Part shown: positions 13,739 through 26,700 of the stretch, piece after piece
Layout of the letters: the number at the start of each line of letters is the position of its first letter
Numbering within the stretch: the stretch's first letter is position 1
DNA from: Trichinella spiralis
Lineage: Eukaryota
Reading direction: 5' to 3'
Assembly: GCF_000181795.1 (NCBI RefSeq)
Contig: NW_003526945.1
Location: forward strand, 2,191,848 to 2,255,847
DNA: 64,000 bases
Notes under the pieces: model-generated
Databases searched by the model: none
What the model saw: only the letters and a program-made list of their open reading frames with translations
What the model was told of the DNA's origin: nothing
Program-made: the position numbers and the translations under genes

Positions 13739-16511
13739 GTACAGTAAGAATTGATGATGAGAAGGTTATCTAATTATTTCATCAGTCATCTAAGTTACTC
13801 TAATAATTGTTAAAATGTAAAAAAATTATTGCATACAGTCTTTTATAATTTTAGAGTGGGGCTATTAATTGTATGCTATTTTGTGTTGTAATATTTCATT
13901 TCATGAATAGTTACCTCAGTATTTAAATGATGTCTGATTTTAAACTGCAATAGTGATTGTTTATAGTGAAAACTGCTATACTCTGTGCACGTTGGTAACC
14001 TTAGTATTGTTTGATTGAAAATTCCTTTTTTGTATTTCTAATTTTTTTGCCTGTTTAAATTATTTATCAGCAAAGCTTCTGTTTGTTATTACATTGAAAA
14101 ATTTTGAATTGTCCGTTTTTAAAAATCTCTGTTTCTGTTGACCTTTAACTTATCATTGCTGCATTTGTATTTAAATTGGTCAAAGTTTTAACTGTTTAAC
14201 ACGTTTTGTCACACTATAAAAACGTGTTGAAATGTTGGTTTTATAAAAGGCGCTCAAATGAATAGCTTTATCTCTTAATTCAGTTTATTTATATTTATAT
14301 TTATATTTATATTTTGCACATTCTGTTGTATACTCTGATCTCGGTTATGTTTTCACGAAGACATTTCGGTTATGTTTTCACGCGAACAACATAAATCAGA
14401 CAAACCTAGACTGGATTGAAGAGCGGCTAGTAAGGCTGGTGCTACAAAATATAATTTAAACGTGCATTTCCGACTATTTTACGTAAAATAAATGGACATT
14501 TTTTCGCAGCAAATCTACTTGTACATTTGAAGTTACAGCTCCTTTCAATATCTCTGCATAATTTCCAACTTTGGATTAGTTCATGAAAATGTTTGGCAAA
14601 TTCCATGTGCACTTAACCAAGCTCGAATGTATTTTCAAAAGTGTTTTATTGTTAACAAGCATAACAGTTATAAAGTGTTGGAGTTAACGAGGCATTAATT
14701 AATTGAATTGTTTTATAATTAATTAAAATTAATTTGAAAAATAAATGTGTAGCATACTTTGGTGCAATGATATTTTAGTGTACACTGCAACATTAATAAA
14801 TTGTTATTTAGTCTTATTTTTTGTTACGTTAAATGAAAAACTGAAATTTGGGAAAGTTGCCGTAATTTTAGTGTTATACTACCGCCACAAAGCAGTATGA
14901 TCAAGATCGAATTTTGCAGTATAATGAAAGTGACGACTCTGTTTCCAATGGATATATGCATAATGTTATAATTTCACCACCTAATGATGTTAATTTAATG
15001 TGTTCACTTTATGAATTTAAAATGTAAGGCTGAATAAAAATCCTATTAGCAAAATTATTTTAGTTAAACTAAAATTTAGAAAGCAACATATTCAAAACAT
15101 AATAAAGTCTATAATATAGTAAATCGGAAACTCAGAATCAGCTTTAGCGTGATCCGGAAAATACTGGCTGAAGAATGGAATTTTTCGTGAAGAGAATAGC
15201 AGTGTTTACGATCTGAAGATTATAACAAAACTGATAAGAAACAACAATATGCTGTTTACAGGAGTAAGAGTTGAGACCGTTTCCTATGAACTTTCGATAT
15301 GAGAAAGCGTTTTGCAGTGTTCACCATCGCAGCCATACGAACTATTGCACTTTTAGTTACGGCTGGGGAGAAGTTTATATTGTGAACAAGTTTGAAAACT
15401 GTTCTTGAAAAAGAATCAAAGATCAGTTGCGAATGATGATGAAATTTCATAATTGGATGAATTTGTCAATACCTTAAAGATAATAATAAACATTAACGAA
15501 CGCTGACCAGCTCGAATTCAAATACCAGCTGCATACCTGCAACTGCCAAAATGAAGAAATGTGGTGTAGTGCAGAAATAAAAGTTTGGATGCATCCCATT
15601 CCATCCAAAATACTGCGACCACTAAAAGAGTAGCAATTGTTTATTTGTCTCTTAAAAACGAAAATGAAAAAATCAAAATACCTGCATGTAATTTATATCT
15701 TACTGTAATTCACATAAAATTAATGAATAAAAAACTTATATATATAATGCAAAATTTTTTTTATAAATTAACAACATATGAATTCATTGAAAAATAAAAA
15801 TATTTTATCAACGGTTAGTCAACGTAAGCAATCAATCACTTTAATTTGATTGGTTGATTTGTGAAAAGCAGGCTCATACGATACTGTTTCTATTAAAAAC
15901 AGCAGTTTAAAGGTAGTCTGTCAGTTCGACACCTTCATCGTCAGAGGGACACGACCATTTAAAGGCTCGGTTAAGAGACACAGAAAGTAAGCAAGCTACA
16001 AAGAAGATTTTGAGAAACCTTCAGTGAATCAGGTAAATACATTATTATTTCGCTACTGACAATTATTGTTCTTTTCAAATTCTTTTATAAACCGTTTTCT
16101 CATCTGTTTTGAAATTTTTCTAAAATATATTTGTGGCATATTTATTCACCATCGTAAGATTCCACAAATAAGATAATTTTTTGCATTATTAAAGTATGTA
16201 CATTTTCATTCAGTCAATCTGTTTTCTATAATAGATATAATGTATCAATATGCGTTACAGATTGTTTTTGTGTGAATTCCAACTCAATGTTATCCAATTC
16301 CGGTGATCATTCGATTATAGAAATTAATCACATTCTTATAATATTGTTTTAGTTTTTACTGATTTTCTAAATTAAAATACATCTATATTAAGAGTATATT
16401 AATGATTATAGAATTATAATTTCAAAAGATACTATTTTTAGCAAAGTTCGGTTTCAAAGCGTTATTACAAATTATTTCGTCAAATAAATCCAGCGTTGCA
16501 CTGATCAATTT

Positions 16512-19116
16512 ATGAATACGATGTATGAATGCCGATATTGCCAAAAGCGTTACAAGGACCTACGCGCGTTGTACAATCACCAGAAGATACATGAGATGTA
16601 TGGAATTTATACAAAAATACAAAGTAGACATAAGAATGGAAATTATCGGAAAATTCAAAAAGCAGATTTGTAAGTATATTTATCGATTTTAAAAATTATG
16701 AAAATAAATTTATGAAATCAACATAATTTTGATATTAGAACTACAACTTTGATCGAGAACAACAGCAACGGATCTGCTGATGAAAACACGTAAGTATGTG
16801 GGAAGTTAATTAAAAGGAAATAAAAAATGACACATTTAAGCAACACAAATGATAAAATGGTGACCACTAACTTTGGTAACGTCGTTCATGATGGAATCCG
16901 TCAAAACTCTGACAAAACAAATGAACTAATAGTTCGAGGTAATGGTGAAATGCAGCCAGAATCAAACACTCCTCGTCCTCCCAAAATACGAAAAATAAAT
17001 TTGTAAGTATATATAAACGTTGAAAATTGAAAATATAAATTCATCACATACACAAAATTTTGACATTAGAATGCCAACTCCAAGCAACTATGACACAACC
17101 AATACATTTGGTGCAAACACGTAAGTATATTAATATTATATTGAAAGGTAATAAAAAATGACACACTTCAGCTACAGAAATTATGAAATGACGAACGCTA
17201 ACTCTGGTAACGCAACTGTTAATGGCATCTATGAGTATCAAGAAATAAACAGAGGTGATGCTGCGTTGAGTACAAAATCGAACATTTTGCAAACAAGCCA
17301 AATTCAAGAAACAAATCTGTAAGTATATGAGGATCTTTAATATTCCAAATGTACATTTATTAAATGGGCGACATGTTTAAATTAGAATGGAAAGTTCATG
17401 CTACTGGAACGGCAACGAAGCTGAATGTGGAAATACGTAAGTTTGCATGAAATTTTTGAAAATTAATACAGAATTACATGTTGAAGGTACGCAACTTACA
17501 ATATGGGAAACGCTGATCACAGTAACGTTGTCGTTAATGAAAATTATGGACTGGATGCGTAATTATATATTATATTTATGGTTTGTTTTCGAAAATAATG
17601 AAATTTTAAAAACATTTTCAGGAATTTCGATTACAACTATGCCGCGAACGTATGCAGTGCAATGAATTATTCGATTGAACCATCCCGTGCTCTAGGTATA
17701 GTATTTACTGGTAATTACTGAATTATATTTATAACATTTAAGAAAGCCACAATGCAATAAATGTTAATGCACCTTTGCAATCATATGAAAATGGCGAAAC
17801 GTTCTTTCAAGTACCATATCCAGCAGTTTCAACTGACGATGGATGGATTGGTGGAAATGGAGCCCTGAGTAACGTCGTGCCCAGTGCGGTTACGAATGAT
17901 GATTTTCAAATAAATTGAAACTCTTATTTGTAAATTGTTTAGATTATGTTTCCCTGATTGGCAGTGATGAAAACTGCAATGCCGAGTAAGTATTATCCAC
18001 ATATGGAATGCAAAATAACAAAAGTAATATTAGTTTTAGCCAAGATGCAATTCAAAACACAAATCACTTTGCAGATCCGAATTATTATGATTACACTGTG
18101 AATGATGACAGTAATTTTAAAATTGATGAATTGGTTAAATCTTAAATTTATATATTTTCTAGCATCTCAGATTCAATTTCAAAATGCTGTATCACCAGAA
18201 AATAGTTTTGCAAACGCTGAAAATGAATATAGTCAAGCAATTTCTACTGAGTATGCTACGGAGCAAGTCGTTGCTAACGGTTACGTTGTGTATGATCCTA
18301 TGAACCAAGCATATTACTTTGTTAACACCGGAGACAACTGGCAGTATGTTCTTGATCTATATACATTTTAACGTTCCATGAAATAACTTACCGATAAATG
18401 TTTGTATAGATGGGCAGGTTTTGCATGATGAATTGTAAGCCGTTTTTAATTCAAATTTTTTAAATAGTAGTAACTGTAACTTGATTTTATATGTAGGGTG
18501 TTTTTGAGTCTTCAAAATTGTTATCAATTTTGAAAAAGTTATGCATACATAAACAAATAGTTCATATACAATAAACAGTTGTTTGTTGTATTGAATTTTT
18601 AGTTCTGACATATGATGAACTTGAACATATTAAAAAACTGTTTCAAATACTGTCGTTTTAGAAATGGAAACGCCTACATTCAAACTGGTGATGAGATTCC
18701 CATCCATTTCGTTAATTCGTTTTCGACAGATGAGTATGCATGGAAAATACCTATGAATTTTTCTTCCTTTTTTCTAAATTTGTTTTTAAAGGCAAACAGA
18801 TTCGAACACCGCAGTTACCATTTCGAATAATTCTGGTGAAGGCGATAACACTTTGTACGTATATTTAAAGTTTATCAATTGCATATGATAATGCGCACAT
18901 TTCAGGAATAGGCCATTTCTTAATGTTCTTCTTACTGATGAATCCATACAGCTTATGGATTATCTAGGTAGTGTGCTGATTAACGGTTACAGAATGCATT
19001 TATCATGTTATCGTGTTATTATAGAGCATGGCCACAGTTTTGAATGGCAAAACAATTATGAAATGCTAAATGCTACTGAAAGTGATACGATTCCTTCAGA
19101 CAGTGACAGTGAATAA
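16512..19116 (+). CDS. Uncharacterised protein of about 500 aa: one N-terminal C2H2 zinc finger plus a long Asn/Tyr/acidic low-complexity region; about 16 short coding exons
   Basis: ATG at 16512 gives MNTMYECRYCQKRYKDLRALYNHQKIH (CX2CX12HX3H). Successive GT-AG exons (16739-16789, 16841-17002, 17070-17120, 17172-17318, 17386-17436, ... 19026-19116) join in frame without stops to ...IPSDSDSE*. One donor near 17870-17890 is ambiguous. A likely 5' UTR exon ends at CAG|GTAAAT near 16032. Confidence 0.8.
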
Positions 19117-20717
19117 GCAACTGAAAGTTAAAACATAGAGCATTTATTACAAAGTTCGATACTGATATTTTTTGACTTTCAACCAATCAATTCTAAACTT
19201 TAGTTTAAATTATTACTATTTACGATACGAATGAAGATCAAAGCAATTCTATTCTACAATAAATTTATAAAGGTAAATTTCAAATTATTTCTTGTATTTG
19301 AAGAGTATGCTTTATAATTCTAATAATTTATGTTCATTTTAGATTTTCTACGTGACGCGGTGTTGGGTTATTTTCCATCATGTTAAGAAATGAATTTATA
19401 TAGAATAATTTTTTGAACGCTATGCATGCAGCGGTGATGATAACTTTTATTGCAATGTAATAGATTCAGGTTTTTTGAATGGTTGATGGAATAAAATAAT
19501 TCTGGGTTTTGAAATTGTTATGCATGTTGCTTATGTTGTTTTAAGCATGCACAACTCCCAGTAAGTCATTATTAGGCTTTACTGAGGAATCGCCGGTACG
19601 GCTGTGTAGCTATGCAGTGATTGCTGATTCAACCAAACAAGCAAGCGAGCGTATTTAATTTGAATGGTGATCGCACTGCATGTCTAATTTTATTCAACAT
19701 TGTTGTGAAATAATTCTAACACACCGTGCACGTCAAAAGAATTGCCTATGATAATAATTATACAATCATTAATCCTAATCTATTTTAATAAATATTCCCT
19801 GCTACTTTTCTGTCACACATAAGATCATCCTGTTTTTGAAAAATTATTTTAAAGAAATGGATTGAAATTTAATTAAATACAATGATTACGTAATTCTATT
19901 TATTCGACATTGTTGAAATTACGAATATGATGTTTGAAGCGACGTTTTACGGAGACTTCATATGTCCTATTTTTTCTTATCGATGTCTGATGATAATTAA
20001 CATAACTATTGCTCAGCACTATGCTATTGCACATGACCAAAGGACATACCTACTGAAGTATAGCAGTCATTGAATGATTGTTTATGCAATTTGTTTTGTT
20101 TTAGAAACGTGAACTTTGATCATGTTTTCGCATTTTCATATCTTTCGTTCTTTCAGCTTGTCAGATTAATAATTTTAATAATATCTATTGAACAAGTCGT
20201 GCATCAAGGCAAATTGTGGGATTTTAATTTTTTTTTTATTTCCTTATACCTTCTTTCCGTATTCTACAGACTCATTATAAGCATAATAATTCGAACTAAA
20301 AACAAAATTTGATCGCGCATTTGCATGATGATCTCTGCATGTTGCTACTGTTTTATGATGATGCACCATCTTCTAAACAACTTTTATTTAAAACAGTGAT
20401 TTTTCTTGTTGTTTTAGAAAAATATTTTTAGAACTTGTTTGCCGTCTGAAGAATACATATTGTTTCGGCAGTCAGCATTTGCTAGCATGCATTCAACATT
20501 TTCAACATTCAAAGCAGAACACAAAAGTATGCGATTGAATTTATAATTTTTCAATTATAAACTACATAAAGTTTCATGTTTCTTCCTTGAAAATTCCACT
20601 GCCCAATGGTTAAGATAACTAACTAAAAATTTACATGTTGAACTTTATTCTTTCAATAATTGTTCGTTCCATTGTTAGATGAATTCGCTATTTTGATTTT
20701 GAGATAATCAATTTAAG

Positions 20718-22899
20718 AAAATTTCTCACCCGCACTGAAAACAACGCCAGATTGGCATGATATTGTAAAAGAATTGAAAGCAACAGCGCATCCTGTTGAT
20801 TTGATTAGTGGCAGCAAGAAAAGAGGAAATTTGCCTTTTCACATAGAAAAAACTATTGTTAGCGCTCCTGAGTTATGTCAGACAAATCAGTATTCAATAA
20901 ATGTAAAGGAAATTTATACTGAACCCAATTCTAAGGTAATAATAATATGATAAAATTATATGTTATAAAACAATATTATCCTATTTATGTTTATCTTTTT
21001 GAAATGTGTAGCTTTGCCGAACATCACAATGCAATACTTTGGATATAACCTCATCAAATCAAAATGAAGACAGTTTTCATTGTTCAGAAAAGTCTTTTCA
21101 CAAGATTAGGGCGAAATTTTCTTCACCGTAAATAATGACAAAGATTATATTTCTTAAATTTAATTGAAATACTTACAGTTCTATTCATCAAGCATCAAGC
21201 CGTTCGCCAGCATGCGCACTTGTTACAACACCAAAGACACCTGCTTCAGCTCCAAGAATACGTCAGTCTACATGTGTTGAAAAAGCAAAAGTAAATTGAT
21301 AATTCTCTGTTTAATATTATTAAACAATTAACTCGTATCATTTTTTACAAAAATTACAGGTACCGTAAGTGACATTCAGGTAAAAACTGAATATAATCAA
21401 AAAAAAGCACTGATAACTTGATTAATTATAATATAAGAATACATTTTTACATATTTTATGCACATTTGTGTGTAAATAAATCATAAAGTTTATCATTATC
21501 TTCAATACAGAGGGCGAAGGTGTTGTTTTTATTCAATCAGCATTATTGAATTTTTAATTTAAATACTTTACTCTGTTTCAACTGTTTTAGTTAACATGCA
21601 CTGCAGCTGGTCAACTTTTACAACATCATCCGCTTGCACTTTGTGGTAGAACTACCTGAACAGCGTTCGACAAACCAAACGAGCTAATAATAAAATTCTG
21701 TTCAGATTTTGCAAATGTACAAGAAAAGGCTTTGCAACAGCTTCTTCAAATTGTAGAAATTCCAATGATTGACGGCATTCTTCTTCCCGATTGTTCATTG
21801 TTAGATGAAAGTTGTCATGAAGAAAAAAATTTCTTCAAGCGTTACATGCCGTTTTCTGAAAGAAAGAAGTCGAAAGATTGTTTTAAAATGAATTCATTCT
21901 CTTCTTGGTAAGTGTATATACATTATTAGCAAGCAGTTTTGTTATGGAAATAATTGAATTTTAAAATTGTATTCGAGAACGTAAAAAAACTTTCAAACGA
22001 ATGATAACAAAATCTGACAATATAATTTTTGCACAACATAACAAGAAATTCACAGCAGCAGCAAAATGCCTGCAGTATAACCTTGCTTGTGCTTGTTATG
22101 TTATTTCACGTTTTATTTTCATTTCAGGGCAACAATGACTCGAGACATTCAGTTTCAAGATACCTGGTTAAATCTTGCCGTAAAATGCTTACCGGAATTC
22201 GATTTATCAAATTTTAAAGATATATTAAATAAGTCGGATCTTCACAGTCAACGTATTTACATATATGACAAAGTGCGAAACTATTTCAAGAAGCATGCAA
22301 AAGATCATCTACTCCTGCCGGCAGAATACGAAGATATTGTTCTGCAAATATCATCTCTTGCTTCAAAAGAACACGATTTTCTCGGCAAAGCTCTCAAGGC
22401 AACTCAACTCATGTTCACCCTGCTTCCGCCAGAACGGCGAAAGTTACCCTTCAGATTGCTGGAATTTCTGGCCCATGTATGGACCAGTGAAACTGTCCTG
22501 CTGAATCCTAAAGAGTCGAATGAAAATCAAATTTTGCACGATTTTAAAGATTCATTTTTCAAATGTACTGCTAAAAATCAAGACAAAACAATGATTTGGA
22601 TACGATTCGCAGTCGCAAACTGGAAATCAATATGCGAATATCCGAACCGATTTGAAAATGAATTTCTAGAAAGTTGCTGGTCAAATAACAAAGAAGCCTA
22701 CTGTAGCCAGATAACAAAAAATCAATATCAAGCAGAAAAATGCTACTACTCGGCAACGGAACTGGTGAAAATGATACCATCTATCATGACTGATGACAGT
22801 TTGACTAGCGAAGAGAAGTTGACTTTTCTGACCAAATTCAAAAAAGAATATCCAGAACTGTACAACGCTAATTTTCATTATTTGAACTACAAGCCCTGA
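20718..22899 (+). CDS. DEPDC7/DEPDC1/LET-99-family protein (pseudo-RhoGAP C-terminal region); start codon not resolved
   Basis: Family-like blocks: PDWHDIVKEL, VQEKALQQLLQIVEIPMIDGIL, DTWLNLAVKCL, LLPPERRKLPFRLLEFL and YCSQIT...ELVKMIPSIMTDDSLTSEEKLTFLTKFKKEYPELYNANF. Exons at about 20718-20935, 21012-21127, 21179-21290, 21591-21645, 21707-21907 and 22128-22899 join in frame. Confidence 0.75.
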
Positions 22900-23092
22900 A
22901 TAGCGAACTTTTAAGAAGATATGATTTTTCACAAGGTTCTGAATTTATTATTTAGAAAATTCAGTTTTGTTCCGAAATTATGTACCTATTATGAACAGTT
23001 TTTACCAGTAAACGTTTTAAAACTTTGCTTTTCATTACGCCAAACGATCAAGCGGGAAAACATCTAAAACCTGATCAACAATTAAATTTTTT

Positions 23093-23267
23093 TGTAGGTC
23101 AAGAAGCGTAGGCGGAAAGGCATACGTTAGTCGGACGAGAGAGAACAGCGGATGGTGACTTTTGGCCTACGTCGGTTTGCACGAAGCATATTTTTTGATC
23201 GTTTCTGTTGTCACTGACCACACGTGGGTGATACGTTTTCAAAGACAGATCTTATACAATTTCTACA
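23093..23267. mobile_element. Possible solo LTR or small element (175 bp, TGTAG...CTACA termini); alternatively a structured ncRNA
   Basis: GC-richer island in AT-rich DNA, bounded by 5-bp inverted termini TGTAG/CTACA. No target-site duplication is visible. Confidence 0.25.
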
Positions 23268-23768
23268 AAATATTTCAAAGCTGAAACAATCAATAAAACT
23301 ATAATAACTCACCGTTATCATATCACACAGTGTTAATAATAATAATAATAACATTTATTGTCTTGATTATTTCTTCAATTGCTCTTATTAAGCAATTGAA
23401 CAGCAAAGTTAATTCTGGAAATTTATGCACAGAATATTTTTACTTCAACAATACATGAAACACAAGCTTCACAGAGAATGAGAAAAAGAAAAAAGTCTAG
23501 GAACATCTATGTTGAGAGGTGTTCATTCAGGTAACGAAATAAATCTAATGCAATACAACTTCAATAACTGGAATGCTAAACACTGAACGTTATTATTCTA
23601 TATATCACAAATTGTTGTTTAAATTAGCATCTTAAAAATAAATTACACCAGGACGTAATTTTTAGGGTAATGTAAAAAACGTATTTTCCATATTTTTTGA
23701 CATTTTGAAAAAATTTGTTCCACTGTTCAACGTCTCCAGTGCTTCCTCAGATGGAAAAAAAGTCCACT

Positions 23769-26700
23769 TCAACGTGTCGCCCATTTGGAAAGATTCATTG
23801 AAGGCAGAGATGAGCAAGAAACAGCTTCGGATTCTTTCATTACTGTAAACGCGTCCTTCGGTACTTTACTGATACCTTTCATGTTGTCGCAAAGCAATTT
23901 CGACATGGACACTTTTTCAATCTCTGCCAACTGATCTGGTCTAAAGATCTCTGGATTTTGGTAAAAGAATCTTAAAAATGAATAATACTATTTTATTTTC
24001 AATCTCTTCAGCTTCTTCAACCGCTGATACCAACCTATCACCGTCACGTAAACGACGGAACTGTTCAGCAATGAGACAAGCAAAAGTTGGACCAACCAAG
24101 CCATCAATTACAGGATCTTCGAGTAAACCACCGACGTACAGGTCAATGTGATCTGAACATATTTTTAAATATAAAATTTCATAATTGATTAAATCAAAAT
24201 CAAATAAAGTGAATTGACCTGTGTGCTTGTAGGTTTGGTGGAGGTTGTTTCTCAAGTTTGGATCGAGAATTTCGTTGCTGAGGTCGTCAAATGTTCGGGC
24301 TTTTTTCAATCCGCAAAATTCTCGGTATTTGTTGTAAGAAGGAAGACCATGGTCACGACCACGTTGTACATTCGTCGACGCCAAATCTGTACTGCCGAAC
24401 ATATTTTCCGTCACTGACGTAGTTACCCTTTGTGGTCTTTTCACTTCCATGATCAAGTGGCCCCGCATCACCGGTTCAATACCACCTTCGAACAGTAATC
24501 TAGCAGGTCGTAGAACCCCCTGATCAAATCTGAAATTGTAATTTTTACACCATTATGCAGCCATATATTAGTAGATGAAATTGCAAAAACAAAAAAATCC
24601 TGCAAACTTTACAAAATTACAGTCTTACAGTATTATGGTGGAGAAAACTTATCACAAAACAATAAAGTTGCTGTGAGTTCACCTTATTTTGCCATTTGGC
24701 ACTGCGTTTCCGTGCTCATCGGCCCGTTCGTAGAATTCAGTTATCATGGCATGACCAAATCGCATTGCGGCAGTTGTGAATTCATTTATAATCGACGGAT
24801 TGACGTTCGGATTATATCCAGTGTAATTGCCCATCAAAGAATTGTATCTTATACCAAGAATTTTTGGCAAATATTCTTTGTAAGTAATTGCTTGAATAAT
24901 AGATCCTACAATTTTCCGTGTCTCTTGGAAAACACGCTCCGCACTCCAAGATGGATTCAGTTTGAGAAGCTGTTGAGCGATTCGGTTGTGCTCACGCAAG
25001 AAAACAGCGTGAACACCGACGAGAGAAAGGAAAAGGGTCCCTCGGTTATCACCAACATCTAAGTTAGCATTGCAGTTGTTTGGCCCGAAGCATGTATGCG
25101 GATTGAACGGCGGCATGACGTGGTTGTTGAAGAAAGTGATACGCATCATACCCGTTTTGGAATCTTTGAGACGCAACGAATCTGGCAAACTGCTCGAGTA
25201 AATTGCCGAACCGTCCAAAAATGCTGTATTTTCATTGACTTGCTCCCTTTTGGATTGTGCACCTAAACTACGCTGAAAAGATCTTTCACAAATTATGCAA
25301 ATGAAATAATACAATTACCAGTTCCACATAGGGGACTTGATCTGGTGAAAAACAGACAACACGGTGGTCGAGCACATCCAAATCTTGGATCGACTGTTTC
25401 AACTTTTATTGGGAAACATCTGCCTGGTATATCTGTGCAAGAGCCACACCGATCCGCTGGAAGCAGAGATGTTCTGCTGATGTCGTGAACAATAAACTGG
25501 CCAAATGGCATCAAAAGCATATTGCCTTTGCTGCTGGTGACGAGTTGTGGAGAACTGAGCAAGAAACGCGTCGCCTCTCTAGCACTTGGACGGCTTCCTG
25601 GTCGAGTAGCTGAAACAACGTTTAACCAATTTGTGTTATGAGTAGGCTTATACAAAAAATTCTATCCATTGATATTTAAGGTCTTTTAGTAGAGAAGTTC
25701 AAACCTTTTAACCAAAAAATCATATCAAGAATCAATCGAAAACGAACAGTCAAAAGAATAACGACGCAGCTAGTATTGTACTTACAGATTGGTGTACTAA
25801 TTCCATCTTCATAAACAGCAGGTAAAATACGATTGAAAGTCGTTCCCGCGGCACCGATTAAAGGGTTTCTCAAGTTGTTGCAAGTTCCATCTAGTGTTCG
25901 ATACATTGCGTGGAAGCACATGTTACGACTGCAATCGCTGGTGTCCTGCTCCCTGAAACATCCCATCATCTGATTGTTCGTCACCATATCTCTTGCAGAC
26001 AAAAGACGACGACTTGTCGCATCTAAAAATCAACATATATAATCACAAAGTGAGGTCTTTTGAAAAATCCCCTCAAGAAACCTTCAAATACAACAATTGC
26101 TCCATTGCGCGACATTTCCTGAAATCGTTCAGAGCCATTCAAGCGTAACATTTCAGCACAGAACAGAGGATCATGTCCTCGACGAAGCATCTGCCGCGGT
26201 GGAGCTGCAGTTTGTTTCTTGGTCGTCGATACTGACGGTTGTGAAACCTTTTTTGCTTTTACTAAAATTATATTATTTATTTTTAATATTTTCTGTTTCG
26301 ACAAAGTTGAGACAATGAAATGGCTTACATTTCTGTAATAATAATCAAGTCATGATGAACAAAAGTCATTCAACGTATTTATTGTTGCAATTTTTATGCT
26401 TTTAAGAATTTGGTTATATATATATATATGAGAAATGTCCGTTGAGTTTTGTCAAAAATTGTCAAAATCAAAATGTGATGCAATTTGCTATTTTAATATA
26501 TATATATATATATATGCGTTTGCAAAGTTGAAACCAAAACTAGCACTAGTAGAAACATTAAAAATTATTAAATGAATGTAAAAAACTGCAAGTCTGTGAA
26601 TTGTGACGAAACCTGAGCTGAGTGTTATTGGAAAATTATCGTTTTAAACAGATACAACCCTGCTGAACACTTAAAAGTGTGTTACAAAGAAGAGAAAGCA

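Noticed and set aside
14341..14382. 17-bp direct repeat TCGGTTATGTTTTCACG, twice with a 25-bp period
   Set aside because: Only two copies. This is a local micro-duplication, not a CRISPR-like array.
14446..14607. Short minus-strand ORF with FKCTSRFAAKKCPF, vaguely like a MULE/FLYWCH finger
   Set aside because: About 54 aa, with no histidine ligands, no DDE domain and no termini.
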